Source: a virus
Direction: 5' to 3' (one strand)
DNA: 18,525 bases
Virus genome (UHGV): UHGV-0171332
A model generated the notes under the pieces. The model was not told the DNA's origin and ran no database searches. It was given only the letters and a program-made list of their open reading frames with translations. The position numbers and the translations under genes were made by a program. Below, piece by piece: positions 15,681-18,525 of the stretch; the stretch's first letter is position 1, and each line of letters opens with the position of its first letter.

Positions 15681-15707
15681 ATAATAAAAAAGGAGCCTGT
15701 AGCTCCC
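15681..15707 (-). terminator. Intrinsic terminator on the minus strand inside the early-left-like cluster
   Basis: On the minus strand: GGAGC / GCTCC stem with a 5-nt loop followed by a T-rich tract (TTTTTTATTATT), between the stop of the 15729-15944 ORF and the TraR-like start. Confidence 0.45.
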
Positions 15708-15728
15708 TGATGATTTTGCTTTTCATGT

Positions 15729-15944
15729 TCATCGTTCCTTAAAGACGCCGTTTAACATGCCGATTGCCAGGCTTAAATGAGTCGGTGTGAATCCCATCAG
15801 CGTTACCGTTTCGCGGTGCTTCTTCAGTACGCTACGGCAAATGTCATCGACGTTTTTATCCGGAAACTGCTGTCTGGCTTTTTTGATTTCAGAATTAGCC
15901 TGACGGGCAATGCTGCGAAGGGCGTTTTCCTGCTGAGGTGTCAT
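15729..15944 (-). CDS. Hypothetical small protein (71 aa from internal ATG; the ORF track extends it to 16010, 93 aa)
   Basis: Intact ORF in the early-left-like cluster. Start is ambiguous: the ATG at 16010 has no SD and sits 10 nt after the upstream stop; the ATG at 15944 has a weak GGGA upstream. No motif recognised. Confidence 0.45.
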   Translation of the reverse strand: MTPQQENALRSIARQANSEIKKARQQFPDKNVDDICRSVLKKHRETVTLMGFTPTHLSLAIGMLNGVFKER

Positions 15945-16020
15945 TGAACAAGTCCCATGTCGGCAAGCATAAGCACACAGAATATGAAGCCCGCTGCCAG
16001 AAAAATGCATTCAGTGGTTG

Positions 16021-16212
16021 TCATACCTGGTCTCTCTCATCTGCTTCTGCTTTCGCCACCATCATTTCCAGCTTTTGTGAAAGGGATGCGGCTAACGTGT
16101 GAAATTCTTCGTCTGTTTCTACTGGTATTGGCACAAACCTGACTCCAATTTGAGCGAGGCTATGTGCCATCTCGATACTCGTTCTTAACTTAACGGTAGA
16201 TGCTTTGTGCAT
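16021..16212 (-). CDS. Hypothetical small protein (63 aa), lambda orf63-like by position and size
   Basis: Internal ATG at 16212 preceded by a G7 tract. The long form of the track ORF (to 16458) would overlap the ren start and its promoter region, so it is disfavoured. Assignment to the lambda orf63 family is by length and position only. Confidence 0.45.
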   Translation of the reverse strand: MHKASTVKLRTSIEMAHSLAQIGVRFVPIPVETDEEFHTLAASLSQKLEMMVAKAEADERDQV

Positions 16213-16321
16213 ACAGCCCCCCCATTTATTATTTATCTCCTCAGCCAGCCGCTGTGCTTTCAGGGGATTTCGGATTACAGAAAGGCCGGGAAATACCCAG
16301 CCTCGCTTTGTAACGGAGTAG

Positions 16322-16420
16322 ACGAAAGTGATTGCGCCTAAACCTCTAAATCGTGCACAGGCTCTGGCGAAGATCGCAGAAATTAAAGCTAAGTTCGGAC
16401 TGAAAGGAGCAAGTGTATGA
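16322..16420 (+). pseudogene. Possible 3' remnant of an upstream replication-region gene (lambda P-like position) ending in an ATGA overlap with ren
   Basis: A 33-codon open frame (TKVIAPKPLNRAQALAKIAEIKAKFGLKGASV*) with no start codon; its stop overlaps the ren ATG as in stop-start coupled phage operons. Identity as a P fragment is inferred from synteny only. Confidence 0.25.
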
Positions 16421-16719
16421 CGGGCAAAGAGGCAATTATTCATTACCTGGGGACGCATAAGAGCTTCTGTGCACAGGACGTTGCCGCGGTAACAGGCGCA
16501 ACCGTAACCAGCATAAATCAGGCTGCGGCTAAAATGGCGCGGGCAGGAATCCTGGTCGTTGATGGTAAGGTCTGGCGAACGGTGTATTACCGGTTCGCTA
16601 CCAGAGAAGAACGGGAAGGAAAGGTGAGCACGAATCTGATTTTTAAGGAGTGTCGCCAGAGTGCCGCGATGAAACGGGTATTGAGGGTATATAAAAGAAC
16701 ATCAATGGGTACACAATGA
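16417..16719 (+). CDS. ren: Ren-like protein (100 aa)
   Basis: SD AAAGGAG upstream. The sequence MTGKEAIIHYLGTH...VTSINQAAAKMARAG...VWRTVYYRFATREEREGK matches my recollection of lambda Ren (not searched). It sits immediately upstream of emrE, as renD does in DLP12. Confidence 0.6.
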   Translation: MTGKEAIIHYLGTHKSFCAQDVAAVTGATVTSINQAAAKMARAGILVVDGKVWRTVYYRFATREEREGKVSTNLIFKECRQSAAMKRVLRVYKRTSMGTQ

Positions 16720-16786
16720 TGAAACAGGTGAGTTGAGTTCAAACTGTAGTACAATTCTCTCCAGTTTGAACAGGAAAGAATATGCT

Positions 16787-17119
16787 ATGAACCCTTATAT
16801 TTATCTTGGTGGTGCAATACTTGCAGAGGTCATTGGTACAACCTTAATGAAGTTTTCAGAAGGTTTTACACGGTTATGGCCATCTGTTGGTACAATTATT
16901 TGTTATTGTGCATCATTCTGGTTATTAGCGCAGACGCTGGCTTATATTCCTACAGGGATTGCTTATGCTATCTGGTCAGGAGTCGGTATTGTCCTGATTA
17001 GCTTACTGTCATGGGGATTTTTCGGCCAACGGCTGGACATGCCAGCCATTATAGGCATGATGTTGATTTGTGCCGGAGTGTTGGTTATTAATTTATTGTC
17101 ACGAAGCACACCACATTAA
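16787..17119 (+). CDS. emrE: EmrE small multidrug resistance (SMR) efflux transporter (110 aa)
   Basis: MNPYIYLGGAILAEVIGTTLMKFSEGFTRLWPSVGTIICYCASFWLLAQTLAYIPTGIAYAIWSGVGIVLISLLSWGFFGQRLD...STPH is near-identical to E. coli EmrE as I recall it, including the catalytic Glu14 in helix 1. The track's TTG start at 16733 adds 18 non-conserved residues and is rejected. Confidence 0.92.
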   Translation: MNPYIYLGGAILAEVIGTTLMKFSEGFTRLWPSVGTIICYCASFWLLAQTLAYIPTGIAYAIWSGVGIVLISLLSWGFFGQRLDMPAIIGMMLICAGVLVINLLSRSTPH

Positions 17120-17150
17120 AAATAATTTGTTTCTAAACGACTAAAATATG

Positions 17151-17190
17151 GAGGCTCTTATATTTATATGAGCCTCGTTTTATGCTTTTT
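17151..17190 (+). terminator. Rho-independent terminator of emrE
   Basis: GAGGCTC / GAGCCTC stem with an AT-rich 12-nt loop followed by GTTTTATGCTTTTT, 30 nt after the emrE stop. Confidence 0.6.
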
Positions 17191-17377
17191 GTTAATGTCT
17201 TTATTTTTTTTTATGTATTCTTTTGTGCTTTCAAGATTATGGTGTAAGAAAATTGCAATACGATTATTGTTGTATATTCAAGATAATGTGACCTTAATTG
17301 TCTTTTTAAATAAAAATTAAACAAAAATTATATCTCACCACTAAGGTTTATAAAAACATACGTTAGCAGGTGTCACC

Positions 17378-18525
17378 ATGAAAAAAGCCATAGCATATAT
17401 GCGATTTTCATCACCAGGTCAGATGTCTGGCGACTCATTAAACCGACAGAGAAGACTTATTGCTGAATGGTTAAAGGTAAATAGTGATTATTATCTTGAT
17501 ACCATAACATATGAAGATTTAGGATTAAGTGCATTCAAAGGAAAGCATGCACAATCAGGAGCTTTTTCGGAATTTTTAGATGCTATAGAGCATGGTTATA
17601 TATTGCCAGGAACTACATTGTTAGTTGAAAGTCTGGACAGGCTTTCAAGAGAAAAAGTCGGTGAAGCGATTGAACGTCTGAAATTGATTTTGAATCACGG
17701 TATTGATGTTATAACTCTTTGCGACAATACAGTCTATAATATTGACTCTTTGAATGAGCCATATTCATTAATAAAAGCCATACTTATAGCACAAAGGGCA
17801 AATGAAGAAAGCGAGATAAAGTCAAGTCGGGTTAAATTATCATGGAAGAAAAAACGGCAGGATGCACTGGAATCAGGTACGATTATGACGGCGTCTTGTC
17901 CGAGATGGCTATCCTTAGATGACAAAAGAACGGCTTTTGTTCCAGACCCCGACAGGGTGAAAACTATTGAGCTAATTTTTAAACTCAGGATGGAAAGGCG
18001 CTCATTGAATGCAATAGCCAAGTATTTAAATGATCATGCTGTAAAAAATTTCTCAGGAAAAGAAAGTGCATGGGGGCCTTCTGTAATTGAAAAATTATTA
18101 GCGAATAAAGCTCTGATAGGTATATGCGTACCTTCATATCGTGCAAGAGGTAAAGGAATAAGTGAAATCGCTGGCTATTATCCCAGAGTCATATCAGATG
18201 ATTTGTTTTACGCTGTGCAGGAAATTCGGTTGGCACCTTTTGGTATTAGCAATAGTAGCAAAAATCCTATGTTGATAAATCTACTTCGAACAGTTATGAA
18301 GTGCGAGGCTTGTGGTAATACCATGATTATTCATGCGGTATCTGGAAGTTTGCATGGCTATTATGTTTGTCCGATGAGAAGACTGCATCGATGTGACAGG
18401 CCATCAATAAAGAGAGATTTGGTTGATTATAATATCATTAATGAGTTGCTTTTTAATTGTAGCAAAATCCAACCAGTTGAAAACAAGAAAGATGCTAATG
18501 AAACTTTAGAGTTGAAAATTATTGA
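17378..18525 (+). CDS. ybcK: Large serine recombinase (resolvase/invertase-type N-terminal catalytic domain), 5' part only; runs off the window end
   Basis: N-terminus AIAYMRFSSPGQ matches the catalytic-serine motif of serine recombinases (Y-x-R-x-S-x-x-x-Q), and Cys-rich CEACGN...CPMRRLHRC suggests a zinc ribbon in the recombinase domain. The symbol is assigned by synteny with DLP12 emrE-ybcK: the 258-bp spacing matches my recollection of K-12 to within a few bp. Confidence 0.8.
   Translation, partial: MKKAIAYMRFSSPGQMSGDSLNRQRRLIAEWLKVNSDYYLDTITYEDLGLSAFKGKHAQSGAFSEFLDAIEHGYILPGTTLLVESLDRLSREKVGEAIERLKLILNHGIDVITLCDNTVYNIDSLNEPYSLIKAILIAQRANEESEIKSSRVKLSWKKKRQDALESGTIMTASCPRWLSLDDKRTAFVPDPDRVKTIELIFKLRMERRSLNAIAKYLNDHAVKNFSGKESAWGPSVIEKLLANKALIGICVPSYRARGKGISEIAGYYPRVISDDLFYAVQEIRLAPFGISNSSKNPMLINLLRTVMKCEACGNTMIIHAVSGSLHGYYVCPMRRLHRCDRPSIKRDLVDYNIINELLFNCSKIQPVENKKDANETLELKII

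Noticed and set aside
15957-16142. Plus-strand 61-aa ORF
   Set aside because: It overlaps two minus-strand genes in a cluster that is otherwise entirely minus-strand, and has no SD.
16021-16458. Long 145-aa version of the minus-strand ORF
   Set aside because: Its 5' end would overlap the ren start codon and SD on the other strand, and its N-terminal 82 residues are low-complexity; the internal ATG giving a 63-aa product is preferred.
16733-16786. TTG-initiated N-terminal extension of EmrE (18 aa)
   Set aside because: EmrE is a 110-aa protein starting MNPYIYLGG; the extension has no conservation rationale and the canonical ATG has an AGGAAAG upstream.

Overview
The window reads as part of a defective lambdoid (DLP12-type) prophage from Escherichia coli or a close relative, with mosaic structure. 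All calls rest on reading the sequence and recalled family signatures; no database search was possible. Left to right: (1) lom, a Lom/Ail/PagC-family outer-membrane protein with its own terminator; (2) a 46-aa Hok/Gef-like type I toxin ORF missing from the ORF track, with a structured leader and a GC-rich 3' stem-loop; (3) a small isolated ORF bracketed by hairpins; (4) a co-oriented five-gene block (1777-12842) of four small proteins with Gly-zipper hydrophobic segments and a 2784-aa giant ORF carrying two HExxH motifs, which is the best candidate for an undescribed system; (5) a convergence junction (12843-13270) holding a truncated Panacea/SocA-like fragment with an in-frame 9-bp tandem repeat; (6) a minus-strand lambda early-left-like accessory cluster (DUF551 protein, PD-(D/E)xK-like protein, Ea22-like, TraR/DksA-like zinc finger, two small ORFs); (7) ren, emrE and the 5' part of a large serine recombinase (ybcK-like). 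No integrase, repressor, N/Q antiterminator, replication, lysis, capsid or tail genes are present in the window.
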